Numbered from the stretch's first letter, positions 18,971 to 28,975 are shown. The stretch: DNA of 64,000 nt from Candidatus Woesearchaeota archaeon (GCA_017610005.1 JAFCCU010000005.1:4205-68204), one strand, 5' to 3'. Numbers and translations are program-made. The notes: a model not told the origin generated them from the letters alone.

Positions 18971-19033
18971 ACCTTGCCCAAGCGAGCAGGCATAATGCGC
19001 CTCGCATTTATCACTGTGGCAAGAAAGGTTTAG
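18971..19033 (+). pseudogene. Diverged duplicate of the trmI 3' end (21 codons including the stop)
   Basis: Encodes TLPKRAGIMRLAFITVARKV* versus TLPKRAGMMHTAFITIARKV* at 17864-17926; 48/63 nt identical. Confidence 0.9.
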
Positions 19034-19082
19034 ACGTATACAACAAACCTTTAAAAAGCTCCTTTCATCCCCAATTAATACA

Positions 19083-19547
19083 ATGGATGTAAATTTAGTC
19101 TCAACAATAACTGCAGAGCATCCTGCTTTTGAAGCAACAAAAGATAATTTAGAAGAATTTGTTGTTGGCTTAGGGAAAGCTGTTGAGGGATTTGTCCATA
19201 ATTTTCGTTTAGCGCGGTCGCTTCATGAGCTTGATGATTTAATAAAAGAATATCATGTATCGAGCGCATGGTATAATGGTGACAGATTGTCCATTGAGAT
19301 TGATATAGCATATAAGTCACTAGAAAAAGGATCAATGTATGTAAAATTACGTTTAGGATCTGAAGATACGGGGGCAATAAGTAAGAGGGGGAGATTTACT
19401 ATGGCCCTTATTGATTATTTCAAAGAAAATGGAATGATCCAAAAAACTTGGACTTATGGAGAGGAGAGCTGGTTCAATTTAACTCCCGGAGCACCCGACA
19501 TGTATGGGGACCCTCCAATAAGACCAGATGAAGTAACACCTACATAA
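19083..19547 (+). CDS. Hypothetical orphan protein
   Basis: 154-aa ORF with an upstream TTTAAA promoter-like box. Confidence 0.55.
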   Translation: MDVNLVSTITAEHPAFEATKDNLEEFVVGLGKAVEGFVHNFRLARSLHELDDLIKEYHVSSAWYNGDRLSIEIDIAYKSLEKGSMYVKLRLGSEDTGAISKRGRFTMALIDYFKENGMIQKTWTYGEESWFNLTPGAPDMYGDPPIRPDEVTPT

Positions 19548-19579
19548 TCTTTAAATAGATCTCCTCGTAAAACTTTCTT

Positions 19580-20632
19580 ATGAAAATAATTAAGAGTAAT
19601 TATAAGCATGGTGAGCTTGTAATTAAAATTGAGAATTTGAATGATTTATGGTATTTGTCACAGGTTTTAGAGCCAAGAGATATTGTTAAGGGTAAAACTG
19701 AAAGGAAAATTAGTATTGGTGGTAAGGAAGAAAAAAGGCAAATAAAACGAGTTTGGATTACTCTTTCTTTAGAAGTTGAAAAAATTGAATTTCATAAGTA
19801 TTCAGATGTTTTAAGAGTTTCAGGAAAAATTACTGAGGGCACAGATGATATACCCCATGGTCAATATCACACAATTAATGTTGAACCAGGAATTATTTTG
19901 ACAATTACAAAAGTTGAATGGCTTGATTATCAAAAAAAATACATTAAAGAGTCTTTAGAAAATGCTCCGGAATTTTTACTTTGTGTGCTTGATCGCGATG
20001 AAGCTTGCTTTGCACTTTTAACGGGGCAAGGATATAGGATTTTGAGTTCTTTTAAGGGAGAAGTTGAAAATAAGCGGGTTAAAGATAAAAAACCAACTCA
20101 CTTCTATGGAGATGTAATAAAATTAATTGAAGATTACAATAAACGGCATAAAGTAAAATCCATAATTATTGCGTCTCCTTCTTTTTGGAAAGAGGATTTA
20201 TTAAAGGAAATTAAAAGTCCAGAATTAAAACAAAAAATTATTCAAGCAACTTGTAATCACACTGGGCAGCAAGGGATTAATGAAGTGTTAAAACGAGATG
20301 AACTACAAACTGCATTAAAAGAAGATAGAATTAGTCATGAAATGGTAATTGTTGAGCAATTATTAAAAGAAATTTCTTTAGATAAAAATGCGGCTTATGG
20401 TATGAAAGAAACAATTAAAGCAACAAATGCTGGGGCGGTATTAACTTTGCTTGTGACAGATGAACTAATAAGAGAAACAAGGCAAAAAGAAACATATGCT
20501 GGCCTTGCAAATATCATGAAAGCAGCACAACATAGCGGTGCCAAAATTGAAATTATTGAATCTGAGAACCCTGGCGGGAAAAAGCTTGATGGTCTTGGAG
20601 GCATTGGCGCAATTCTGAGGTACAAGTTATGA
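19580..20632 (+). CDS. pelA: mRNA surveillance protein Pelota
   Basis: NLNDLWYLSQVL, LRVSGKI, HTINVE, LDGLGGIGAILRY. Confidence 0.96.
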   Translation: MKIIKSNYKHGELVIKIENLNDLWYLSQVLEPRDIVKGKTERKISIGGKEEKRQIKRVWITLSLEVEKIEFHKYSDVLRVSGKITEGTDDIPHGQYHTINVEPGIILTITKVEWLDYQKKYIKESLENAPEFLLCVLDRDEACFALLTGQGYRILSSFKGEVENKRVKDKKPTHFYGDVIKLIEDYNKRHKVKSIIIASPSFWKEDLLKEIKSPELKQKIIQATCNHTGQQGINEVLKRDELQTALKEDRISHEMVIVEQLLKEISLDKNAAYGMKETIKATNAGAVLTLLVTDELIRETRQKETYAGLANIMKAAQHSGAKIEIIESENPGGKKLDGLGGIGAILRYKL

Positions 20633-20723
20633 GTCTAAAGTTTAAAGTTCAAAGTCCAAAGTCCCTTCTTACTTCAAACTTCTTACTTCAAACTTCTTAC
20701 TTCAGACTTCTTACTTCAAACTG
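20630..20723. repeat. Heptamer array with an inverted 14-bp-period arm
   Basis: TGAGTCT AAAGTTT AAAGTTC AAAGTCC AAAGTCC, then repeated ACTTCTT ACTTCAA units; begins at the pelota stop. Confidence 0.92.
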
Positions 20724-20733
20724 TAGGTGACGT

Positions 20734-21615
20734 ATGAGTTGGGTTTTGTTTTCAATAATTGCAGCTGTTGTTTGGGCAATTTGTAATATTATTGATAAAT
20801 ATTTGATTGATAGATGGTTTACTGATCCAGAACCGGCATCATTAACATTTACTATTTTTGCAATACTTTCAGGTATTGGCGCTCTAATTGTTGTAGGATT
20901 TCCAATAATCCCTTTCATGGATATTTTTTGGAGTGTACTTGCAGGATCCTTTTTGCTATTTATGGTTATTTTTTACTTTAAGGCGTTGCAAACTGGCGAA
21001 GCAAGCCGAGTTATGGCTTTATTTTGGGCAGCCCCAGTTTTTGTTGCATTTTTTGGAGCTGTGTTTTTAGGAGAGATTTTCTTGCCATTAACTTACCTGG
21101 GGATATTTTTAATGGTGGCAGGAGCTGTGGCAATTTCCTATCATGGGGGCAAATTCAAATTTAATAAGGCTTTTTGGTGGATAATGGCTTCAGGTATTGT
21201 GCATGGATTTCAGGTAATAATCACAAAATATCTGCTTAATAAATATGATTTTTGGACAGTTGTGGGATATACAAGAATTGGAGTATTGCCTCTGGCAATT
21301 CCAGTTATCATCTGGTTAATTCCAGGCTATAAAAAAGTTGTAAAAAAACATGGATTAAAGGTAGTATACACTCAAGTTTTTAATGATTCGATTAATTTAA
21401 TTGCAATTATTTTTAATTATGCTGCAATGGCAATTGGCACAGCTACTTTAGTTAATGCTTTATCTTCTTTAACACCTTTCTTTGTTTTGCTTTTTGCAGC
21501 AATATTAAGCATTTGGTTTCCTAAGATTATAAGTGAAGAAATTAAAGGTAGCACAGTAATACTCAAGATATTTGCAATCACAATGATAATTGCGGGAGCA
21601 ATTTTAATTACTTAG
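20734..21615 (+). CDS. EamA/DMT family transporter
   Basis: About ten TM helices in two repeats; YFKALQTGEASRV and FLGE motifs. Confidence 0.9.
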   Translation: MSWVLFSIIAAVVWAICNIIDKYLIDRWFTDPEPASLTFTIFAILSGIGALIVVGFPIIPFMDIFWSVLAGSFLLFMVIFYFKALQTGEASRVMALFWAAPVFVAFFGAVFLGEIFLPLTYLGIFLMVAGAVAISYHGGKFKFNKAFWWIMASGIVHGFQVIITKYLLNKYDFWTVVGYTRIGVLPLAIPVIIWLIPGYKKVVKKHGLKVVYTQVFNDSINLIAIIFNYAAMAIGTATLVNALSSLTPFFVLLFAAILSIWFPKIISEEIKGSTVILKIFAITMIIAGAILIT

Positions 21616-22251
21616 AACTTCAGTAAAGGTTCCTAGCTCTAAGATATCTTCTTCACAAAGAATGTGGACTTGATGTTGAATTGCTTGGTATACTGTGGGC
21701 ACTTCATACGTTGGTTTCCCATTTTGACCTAAATGGTTCCAAATTTGCTGAATTAGATAAGTCCCAGCCCCATCTGTTAAAATTGTTGTGCCCTTGAATC
21801 TCTCAGTATCTGATTTTAAGAGTTGATAAGCTTTCCCAAGTGGTTTAACAAGCTGTTCAAGCTCTCCTTCTTTTCCTTCTTTAGGATGAACTAAGGATAT
21901 TGAATAAAGTAGATTTTCAGGAGCTCCAATAACATGGCTCCAACTTGATTGGGGGAGACTGAACCATCCTAATTCTTGACTCTTTTCAGTTACTTGCCGA
22001 TTTGCATAACATAATCTTTTGAACTCTTCTTCAAAAAGTGGATTTTCAATAAATGCCTCAAACATGTTCTTTTCGTCCCAACTATTAAATGAAAGTTGGT
22101 TTAATCCTATTTCATCTCTTAAAAGTTGAATTCCTAAAAATCCTGCTCCCTGCCTAAAGAATGCTTCTTGTTCGCCCCCTGGGTCATTAAGAGCTTCAAA
22201 TTCAGGGACCTTCCCAGGTGTTACGGTTTGATTCCATACATATAATACCAT
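21604..22251 (-). CDS. Tandem ABM-like (dimeric alpha+beta barrel) domain protein
   Basis: Two repeats of V.PGK..EFE / HPKEGKEGELE followed by GFLG/RFKG and W.. motifs. Confidence 0.5.
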   Translation of the reverse strand: MVLYVWNQTVTPGKVPEFEALNDPGGEQEAFFRQGAGFLGIQLLRDEIGLNQLSFNSWDEKNMFEAFIENPLFEEEFKRLCYANRQVTEKSQELGWFSLPQSSWSHVIGAPENLLYSISLVHPKEGKEGELEQLVKPLGKAYQLLKSDTERFKGTTILTDGAGTYLIQQIWNHLGQNGKPTYEVPTVYQAIQHQVHILCEEDILELGTFTEVLSN

Positions 22252-22323
22252 TGTGATAACTAATGAGGATTAATTTATTAAGCTTTAGAAACCTTTATTA
22301 GAAACCTAATTAAAAGTTGATTT

Positions 22324-23433
22324 ATGCACTGGGGCCATGTTGTAAAGAATAAAGAACTTGGTGAACTTTATGCAAGCGTTGTTATTAGATTTTTTGCAGT
22401 TTCTATGATCATGATTTTTACCCCATTATATCTTTATAACCTTAATTTTTCTATTGTGCAAATATTCATGTTTTATGGATGTATGGCATTATCTCATGCA
22501 TTTGGGGTTTTTTTAGGGGGACAATTTTCTTCAAAATATGGGCTTAAACATTCAATGTTAATTAGTATTCCAATTATGATTGCATATTATTTATTGCTGA
22601 TATCTTTGGGAAAAATTCCAAATCTTTATTGGTTGGCAGCGATATTGTTTGGGATATCTAATTCAATATTTTATATAGGGTACCATACTGATTTTTCAAA
22701 ATCAAGTGAAGTTAAAAAAAGAGGGGAACAAATTGGCTTTTCAATGATTCTAACTTCTATTTCAAGAGCATTAGGCCCATTAATCGGTGGTGTGATTGTA
22801 GTATTATTTGGATTTCCAACACTTCTTTTAATCGTGTGTTTTTTACTTCTTGCATCAGTGGTGCCATTGTTTTTCTCAAATGAGATTCATGAACAAATTG
22901 ATTTTTCGTATAAAAAAATTTTCAAACATAAAAGTTGGAGAGATTATTTAGCTTACCTCGGCTGGGGAATTGAAGGATACTCTAGGTCTATTGTGTGGCC
23001 TTTGTTTGTATTTATTTTTATAGTTTCTTCGTACACGGTTATTGGAAGCGTAACAACTTTAAGCTTGATTGCATGCACTTTATTTATTTTTATTGTGGGG
23101 AGAGTTTCTGATATTAATAGAAGAACACTTTTAACAACTGGAGTATACCTTAATTTTGGAATTTGGATTATTAGATCTTTAGTAAATGCACCTATTCAGG
23201 TATTTGTAATTGACACCGCCGGCGGGGTAAATAGACCCTTAATCACAGTGCCAAGTGACGCATTAAGCTATGATAAGTCTGATGGGAAATCTCACTTAGA
23301 ATATATTATGTTTAGGGAATATTCAATTCACTTAGGAGGATTATTATTATGTATGTTTATGATTATTTTTAATTCTCTTCCTTTTGGTATTTATATTGCA
23401 GCAGGAGCTTCACTGTTATACCTCCTTTTTTAG
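22324..23433 (+). CDS. MFS transporter
   Basis: Multi-pass TM; KRGEQIG, GPLIGG and GRVSDINRR motifs. Confidence 0.88.
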   Translation: MHWGHVVKNKELGELYASVVIRFFAVSMIMIFTPLYLYNLNFSIVQIFMFYGCMALSHAFGVFLGGQFSSKYGLKHSMLISIPIMIAYYLLLISLGKIPNLYWLAAILFGISNSIFYIGYHTDFSKSSEVKKRGEQIGFSMILTSISRALGPLIGGVIVVLFGFPTLLLIVCFLLLASVVPLFFSNEIHEQIDFSYKKIFKHKSWRDYLAYLGWGIEGYSRSIVWPLFVFIFIVSSYTVIGSVTTLSLIACTLFIFIVGRVSDINRRTLLTTGVYLNFGIWIIRSLVNAPIQVFVIDTAGGVNRPLITVPSDALSYDKSDGKSHLEYIMFREYSIHLGGLLLCMFMIIFNSLPFGIYIAAGASLLYLLF

Positions 23434-23468
23434 AAAATTTTAAATAAATTAAATAGGGAATAAGAAAT

Positions 23469-23714
23469 ATGACAAAATACTGGTTTAGAAGAAGAAAAGG
23501 ACTTTTTACAAAAGATTTAGGGTGGGGTTGGACTCCAATAAGTTTAGAAGGTTGGGCGGTTGTGACAATCACTTTAATTTTAATCTTTTTATCATATTCC
23601 TTTTGGGACATTAAAAGTGCAGAGTATGGGAGAGGAATTGGGTTTTTAGTCACTTTAATTATTCTAATTGTTGTGTCTGGGGCGATTTCTGAGTGGAAGA
23701 CACAGAAAGATTAA
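23469..23714 (+). CDS. Small two-TM membrane protein
   Basis: YWFRRR..GWGWTPISLEGW followed by two hydrophobic helices. Confidence 0.7.
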   Translation: MTKYWFRRRKGLFTKDLGWGWTPISLEGWAVVTITLILIFLSYSFWDIKSAEYGRGIGFLVTLIILIVVSGAISEWKTQKD

Positions 23715-23740
23715 TAAAAAACTAAACGAATGGCAATAAT

Positions 23741-24466
23741 ATGTCTGAACTAAATGCTAGAATGAATATGCATTATAAGTTTACTGGGCAGGAGTTCTTG
23801 CACATATTAGTTGTTGCATTAGTAATGGGCTTTATGCTTGGACTTGATGATGGGTTGGTAGACTTTGAACCAATGCATTGGTTTGTTAACCTTTTAATTG
23901 CAATTGTTATTTCTTTAGTTACTATCCTTATTTCAATTACTGCTCAAAAGGCAATGGCACTCATGAAAGGCTATTTAATGGAGCTAAAACTATTTTTATG
24001 GGGGGCTGTTGGAGGAGTAGTTATTGGGCTTGGATCCGTTGGGAATGTGCTCATATTCCCAGCATTTGAATTTATTTTTGTTCATGATGAAGGGTTACGA
24101 CTTGGAAGATTTAGATATGGCTTAAATTATTTTGAAATGGCAACTTGTGTTATGATGGGGCCAATTATTAATTTTGGAATTGCAGTATTAGTAGCAGGGC
24201 TTGCAGGGCCTGAGCCTAGTCTTATTGCGTTAAACATTATGAAAGCAAATGTTTTTTTTGCAATCTCTTCAATGCTTCCAATTCCAAAGACTCCTGGAAG
24301 TTACTTATTTTTTGGAAGCCCATCACTTTTCTTTTGGGTTTTTGCCCCAATCACACTGGGAGGAATACTATTATTTTTCATGCCATTTTGGACTGCCCTA
24401 TTAGTAGGTTTAGTTGGAGGGGCAGCAATTGCAATAACTTACTTTTTTAAGGTTGAATACAGATGA
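23741..24466 (+). CDS. Membrane protein, degenerate M50 peptidase-like
   Basis: GPIINF and MLPIPKTPG resemble M50 regions, but no HExxH motif is present. Confidence 0.5.
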   Translation: MSELNARMNMHYKFTGQEFLHILVVALVMGFMLGLDDGLVDFEPMHWFVNLLIAIVISLVTILISITAQKAMALMKGYLMELKLFLWGAVGGVVIGLGSVGNVLIFPAFEFIFVHDEGLRLGRFRYGLNYFEMATCVMMGPIINFGIAVLVAGLAGPEPSLIALNIMKANVFFAISSMLPIPKTPGSYLFFGSPSLFFWVFAPITLGGILLFFMPFWTALLVGLVGGAAIAITYFFKVEYR

Positions 24467-24780
24467 ATAAAAAAGGATATATTCACTGGTTAATCCCCGT
24501 AACTTTACTAGTTTTAATTACTGGGGCATTAGCTTCAATGATTCTAGATACTAAATTTCTTGGAGTGATTAGTCTTTTAATGGTAGGTGGATGTTGTGGG
24601 CATATAATACATATAAGGAAAAAAATATCATTATTTTCACTTCATATAATCATCCTTGCATTTGTGGTAGGTTTTGCAACTTCTCAAGAATTATTAAGGA
24701 ATATTTGGATATTTATTCTATTTTATGGTTCCCTTGCGTTAGTTTATTATGGGGAGGATTACATTGGGAAAAATAAGTAA
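24463..24780 (+). CDS. Small membrane protein
   Basis: Four short hydrophobic helices; overlaps both neighbours in an operon. Confidence 0.6.
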   Translation: MNKKGYIHWLIPVTLLVLITGALASMILDTKFLGVISLLMVGGCCGHIIHIRKKISLFSLHIIILAFVVGFATSQELLRNIWIFILFYGSLALVYYGEDYIGKNK

Positions 24781-25564
24781 TTTCTCTTTAAAACACACAG
24801 TTGAGTCTGGCCAATTCTTCCAATATGAGAAATTAGGGGAGGGGTATATTATTTGGTTGGATGAGGATATATTCTATGTAGAACAAAAAGAAGATGGACT
24901 TAATTATTCTGGTATCTTGCCTGGGCCCTTAAAATATTATTTGGGAATTGATGATTGTTATGAAAAAATTATTTCAGCAATTTCAAAAGACAAACATATT
25001 AGGCAGGCAATTAAAAATCATCTAGGTATGAGAAACATGCAGCAAAGCTTTTATGAGTGTTTAATTGGTTATGTTTGTTCAGCAAACTCTAATATCCCCA
25101 AGATTAGAAAGAATGTAAAATTATTAGCTGAATTTTTTGGTGAAGAAGTTGAGTTTTTAGGAAAGAAGTATCATTTGTTTCCAAAACCAGGGAAACTAAA
25201 TGATCTTGATAAAATCCTTGAAGCAAAAACAGGATTTAGAGCGAAATATATTTACAAGATAAATAAAATTGTAGATGAGGATTGGATTAGAGAGATTAGA
25301 AGAAAAGATTACAAAGAAGCTAAAGAGATGTTAATGGCACTTCCTGGCGTAGGCCCCAAAATTGCTGATTGTGTGTGTTTATTCTCATTGCATCACGCCC
25401 AAGCAGTGCCAGTTGATGTGTGGATAAGAAGGGTTGTGACTGAATTATACTTTGATAACAAACCTGTTAAAGATGAAGAGATAATTAAATTTATGCAGGA
25501 ATATTTTGGCAAATATGCTGGCTACGCAGCGCAGTTTTTATTTTATTTTAAGAGAAAGCAGTAG
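24749..25564 (+). CDS. ogg: 8-oxoguanine DNA glycosylase (OGG1-like, HhH-GPD)
   Basis: SGQFF, SANSNIPKI, GFRAKYI, LPGVGPKIADC, VPVDVW. Confidence 0.9.
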   Translation: MGRITLGKISNFSLKHTVESGQFFQYEKLGEGYIIWLDEDIFYVEQKEDGLNYSGILPGPLKYYLGIDDCYEKIISAISKDKHIRQAIKNHLGMRNMQQSFYECLIGYVCSANSNIPKIRKNVKLLAEFFGEEVEFLGKKYHLFPKPGKLNDLDKILEAKTGFRAKYIYKINKIVDEDWIREIRRKDYKEAKEMLMALPGVGPKIADCVCLFSLHHAQAVPVDVWIRRVVTELYFDNKPVKDEEIIKFMQEYFGKYAGYAAQFLFYFKRKQ

Positions 25565-25597
25565 ATTTATAAAATAGAAGCATAATTCTCCCTAACA

Positions 25598-26536
25598 ATG
25601 GCAAACTTCATGTTCACTTCAGTCTTAGGCGTATTTGTATGTAATGAGACTGGGAAAATTGTAAAGAAAAGGCTTTTTTCTGATAGTGAACAGATTAAAT
25701 ATCAACCAATGTTAAAAGAGAATAAATGGATTTCACCTGAACTTGAGATGATAAAGGGCGTTGAATTGTTTTTAGGTTTTAAAACTGAAAAGAAAGAAGG
25801 AATTAAGTTTTCTCAAGATGTAAGAAAACTTGATAGAATTGAACTTGATTTTGAAAAACTTAGACTTGCAAACACTGCTATAAGCAAACAGGAAATTTCA
25901 GATGACTTTTCTGAAGATAGTGTGATTATGCATGCAATAAGGACTTACGATGAAACAGAGCGTGTTGTAAATGCCCTTGTTATGAGGCTTCGTGACTTTA
26001 CAAAACAATACGCCCCTATTGAAACAGATAAGGCAGAAACACCTGAGCAGATATTAAAATTATTACGAACTCCTCCTAATAATCTCGCAGTCCCTATTAA
26101 GGGAGGCCATATAAAAGCATTTTTGGAATTTTCAAAGTGCATTACTGAACTTGAAACTCAAAAAGAAACCTTAGAAAAACACCTTGAATTAACAATGAAG
26201 CGTGTTGCTCCAAATCTTTTAGGAGTTGGAGGGGCATTAATTAGTGCAAGACTAATATCTCTTGCAGGATCTTTAAAGAATCTTGCTAAAATGACTTATA
26301 GTAAACTTCAAGTTTTAGGAGCAGAAAAAGCAATGTTTAGGCATGTGAAGAAGGGTTCAAAAACACCAAAACATGGAATTATCATAAATCATGAAATTGT
26401 TGCAAGTGCAAAATTAAAAGGAAGAGCTGCAAGAGGGCTTGCAGAAAAACTTTCTCACGCAGCAAGATTAGATTATTTTAAAGGAGAAAATATGGCAGAA
26501 AAACTATTAGCAGACTTAATTGAGAAACTAAAATGA
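25598..26536 (+). CDS. nop5: Box C/D sRNP protein Nop5 (Nop56/58)
   Basis: APNLLGVGG..ISARLISLAGSLKNLA, LQVLGAEKAMF, TPKHGII, AARLDYF. Confidence 0.92.
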   Translation: MANFMFTSVLGVFVCNETGKIVKKRLFSDSEQIKYQPMLKENKWISPELEMIKGVELFLGFKTEKKEGIKFSQDVRKLDRIELDFEKLRLANTAISKQEISDDFSEDSVIMHAIRTYDETERVVNALVMRLRDFTKQYAPIETDKAETPEQILKLLRTPPNNLAVPIKGGHIKAFLEFSKCITELETQKETLEKHLELTMKRVAPNLLGVGGALISARLISLAGSLKNLAKMTYSKLQVLGAEKAMFRHVKKGSKTPKHGIIINHEIVASAKLKGRAARGLAEKLSHAARLDYFKGENMAEKLLADLIEKLK

Positions 26537-27180
26537 GAGAAATACAAACCGGAGTATTTGAAGGAAATAGGAAACTGTATACTTTAAACAAGATTAAGGG
26601 CAACCCGGTTTATGGTGAGCCTTTTGTAAATCAAAACGGAAAAGAGTTTAGAGAATGGAATCCAAGCAGAAGCAAACTTGCAGCAGCAATATTAAAGGGT
26701 ATGGAAGGAATTAAAATTGACGAAAAAACAACTGTGCTTTATTTGGGGGCTGCTTCAGGCACAACAGTTTCTCATGTTGCTGATATCTGTAAATGGGTTT
26801 TCGCATTAGAGTTTTCAGTTGAGACATTTTCAGATTTATTACTTGTTGCAGAAAAAAGAAAAAATATAATTCCTTTGCTTGCGGATGCAACAATGCCAGA
26901 AGAATATTTCCATAGAGTAAAGGCAGTTGACTTTTTATACCAAGATATTGCACAAAAACAACAAGTAGAGATATTTGAGAGAAATTGTAGATTATTCTTA
27001 AAACCTGGTGGACTTGGATTTTTATGTGTTAAAGCAAGAAGTATTGATGTTTCAAAACACCCAAAGAAAATTTTTGGAGAAGTTAAAGAGCAATTAAAAA
27101 ATTCTTTTAGAGTTCTTGATAATAGAACAATGCAACCTTTTCAGCGAGATCATGCAGCTTTTCTAGTACAAAGACGTTAG
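26533..27180 (+). CDS. flpA: Fibrillarin (rRNA/tRNA 2'-O-methyltransferase)
   Basis: REWNPSRSKLAAA, VLYLGAASGTTVSHVAD, YQDIAQ, VKARSID. Confidence 0.96.
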   Translation: MREIQTGVFEGNRKLYTLNKIKGNPVYGEPFVNQNGKEFREWNPSRSKLAAAILKGMEGIKIDEKTTVLYLGAASGTTVSHVADICKWVFALEFSVETFSDLLLVAEKRKNIIPLLADATMPEEYFHRVKAVDFLYQDIAQKQQVEIFERNCRLFLKPGGLGFLCVKARSIDVSKHPKKIFGEVKEQLKNSFRVLDNRTMQPFQRDHAAFLVQRR

Positions 27181-27266
27181 AAGTCTGAAGTAAGAAGTTT
27201 GAAGTAAGAAGTTTGAAGTAAGAAGTTTGAAGTAAGAAGTGAAAAACACTTATTTACCTTAACAGT
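27180..27266 (+). repeat. Heptamer array (9 units, 14-bp higher-order period) with GTGAAAAACACT/ACCTTAAC linker
   Basis: GAAGTCT, alternating GAAGTAA/GAAGTTT, GAAGTGA; begins at the fibrillarin stop. Confidence 0.95.
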
Positions 27267-27325
27267 TTGTAGAATTGTTAACAGTGTTTCTAGGAACAAA
27301 TTGAAGGATTCTTGAATTCTCTAAA

Positions 27326-28975
27326 TCATTCAAAATAAGCGTTAAGTATGTATTGTTGGACCATTCTGTGGGTGTTGAAAAAAGAACCATTAATTGCTAT
27401 TGCATGCTTCATTAAGTCAATCCATTTCTCTCTTTCTTTATAAAAAAGAGGGAGGATAACATAATCTAACTTCGAATACATATCATTTACATCATTAGAA
27501 TGTATATTTTCTTCTGATTCATTGGGATGTGGGCCTATACTCCATCCTGTTATCCCTTCAATATGTCCTTCTAACCACCATCCATCTAAAATTGAGAAAT
27601 GTAAAACTCCATTGTGGGCAGCTTTCATCCCAGATGTGCCTGATGCTTCTTTAGGTCTAATTGGTGTGTTAAGCCAAATATCTACACCTGCAATTAAGGT
27701 TTTTGCAATTTCAATATTATAATTTTCAATATAAACACATTTAATTTCAGAAGCAAGTTCATTCATCTTGCCGATGATTTTTTTGATAAGGTCTTTTCCT
27801 CCTTCATCTTTGGGATGTGATTTTCCTGCATAAATAATTTGGATTCCTTTGTGGTCCTTGGCAATTTTCTTTAAACGATTCAGATCAGAAAATAGCATAT
27901 CTCCTCGCTTATAAGTCGCAGATCTTCTTGCAAACCCTATTGTAAATGTATCTAAATTCATGTTTTTATTGTATCTTTTATTTACCAAAGAAATTAATTT
28001 TTCTTTGGCTTTTTGATGGGCATTCCAGATCTCATTTAATGGGATGCCAAAAGCATATCTAAGTGAAAAGGGATCTGTTTCCCATCCCTTAAAATATTTA
28101 TTGAAGAGTTTTTTAAAAGAGTCACAAGTCCAAAATTCAGAATGCACTCCATTTGTGATAGACTCAATTGAATAACCTGGAAACATCCCCCTGGATACTT
28201 CTCCATGTTTTTTTGCAACCCCGTTAATATATTGGCTAAATCTTAAACCAAGATAGGTCATATTAAGTTTTCCTTTATAGAATATTTCTGTTTTCAAATC
28301 CTCTGGAATTTCGAGCATTGATTCAACAAGTTGTTTAGAGAATTGATCATGACCTGCAGGAACAGGGGTATGTGTTGTAAAGACGCACTTTTCTCTTACC
28401 TTTGGAATTGATTTATGCTTTTCATGTAATTCTAATGTTAAAAGAGCAGAATGTCCTTCATTCATGTGAAATGTTTCAATATTTGAATATCCTTGGGCAT
28501 CAAGCATTCGTATGCCACCAATTCCAAGTACAATCTCTTGAGCTAATCTATATCTATGATCTCCGCCGTAAAGTTTTTGTGTAATAGTTTTGTCAAAATC
28601 TGAATTTCCTTCAATGTCTGTGTCTAAGAAGATTATGTGATTGGTATGGTTTTTCCCATGGATATTATAAAGCCAAGCCTGTACTTTTACATTCCTTCCT
28701 TCTATTTTAACATTAATAACTTTTGATAGAAGTTGTAAGTTCTTACTTGGGTCCCATAGGTCATCTTCATGAAGTTGGTTGCCATGCTCATCGATTTTCT
28801 GATTAAAGTATCCCCGTTTATATAGTAGGGAAATTCCAATTACAGGAACTTTTAAGTCTGCGCAACTGCGCAAGGTATCTCCTGCTAATACCCCCAAACC
28901 GCCAGCATATGTTGGCATTTTTGGGTCAATTCCAATTTCCATAGAAAAATATGCAACCTTGTAATTTTTTCTCAT
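27326..28975 (-). CDS. glgP: Alpha-glucan (glycogen/starch) phosphorylase
   Basis: YFSMEIG, YAGGLGVLAGD, HMNEGH, FTTHTPVPAGHD, GFARR...YKR, EASGTSGMKA. Confidence 0.96.
   Translation of the reverse strand: MRKNYKVAYFSMEIGIDPKMPTYAGGLGVLAGDTLRSCADLKVPVIGISLLYKRGYFNQKIDEHGNQLHEDDLWDPSKNLQLLSKVINVKIEGRNVKVQAWLYNIHGKNHTNHIIFLDTDIEGNSDFDKTITQKLYGGDHRYRLAQEIVLGIGGIRMLDAQGYSNIETFHMNEGHSALLTLELHEKHKSIPKVREKCVFTTHTPVPAGHDQFSKQLVESMLEIPEDLKTEIFYKGKLNMTYLGLRFSQYINGVAKKHGEVSRGMFPGYSIESITNGVHSEFWTCDSFKKLFNKYFKGWETDPFSLRYAFGIPLNEIWNAHQKAKEKLISLVNKRYNKNMNLDTFTIGFARRSATYKRGDMLFSDLNRLKKIAKDHKGIQIIYAGKSHPKDEGGKDLIKKIIGKMNELASEIKCVYIENYNIEIAKTLIAGVDIWLNTPIRPKEASGTSGMKAAHNGVLHFSILDGWWLEGHIEGITGWSIGPHPNESEENIHSNDVNDMYSKLDYVILPLFYKEREKWIDLMKHAIAINGSFFNTHRMVQQYILNAYFE

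Noticed and set aside
22252-22300. Possible decayed duplicate of the EamA (20734-21615) 3' end beyond the antisense ABM-like gene
   Set aside because: Only short AT-rich matches (TGATAA, TTAGAA), not distinguishable from chance by eye
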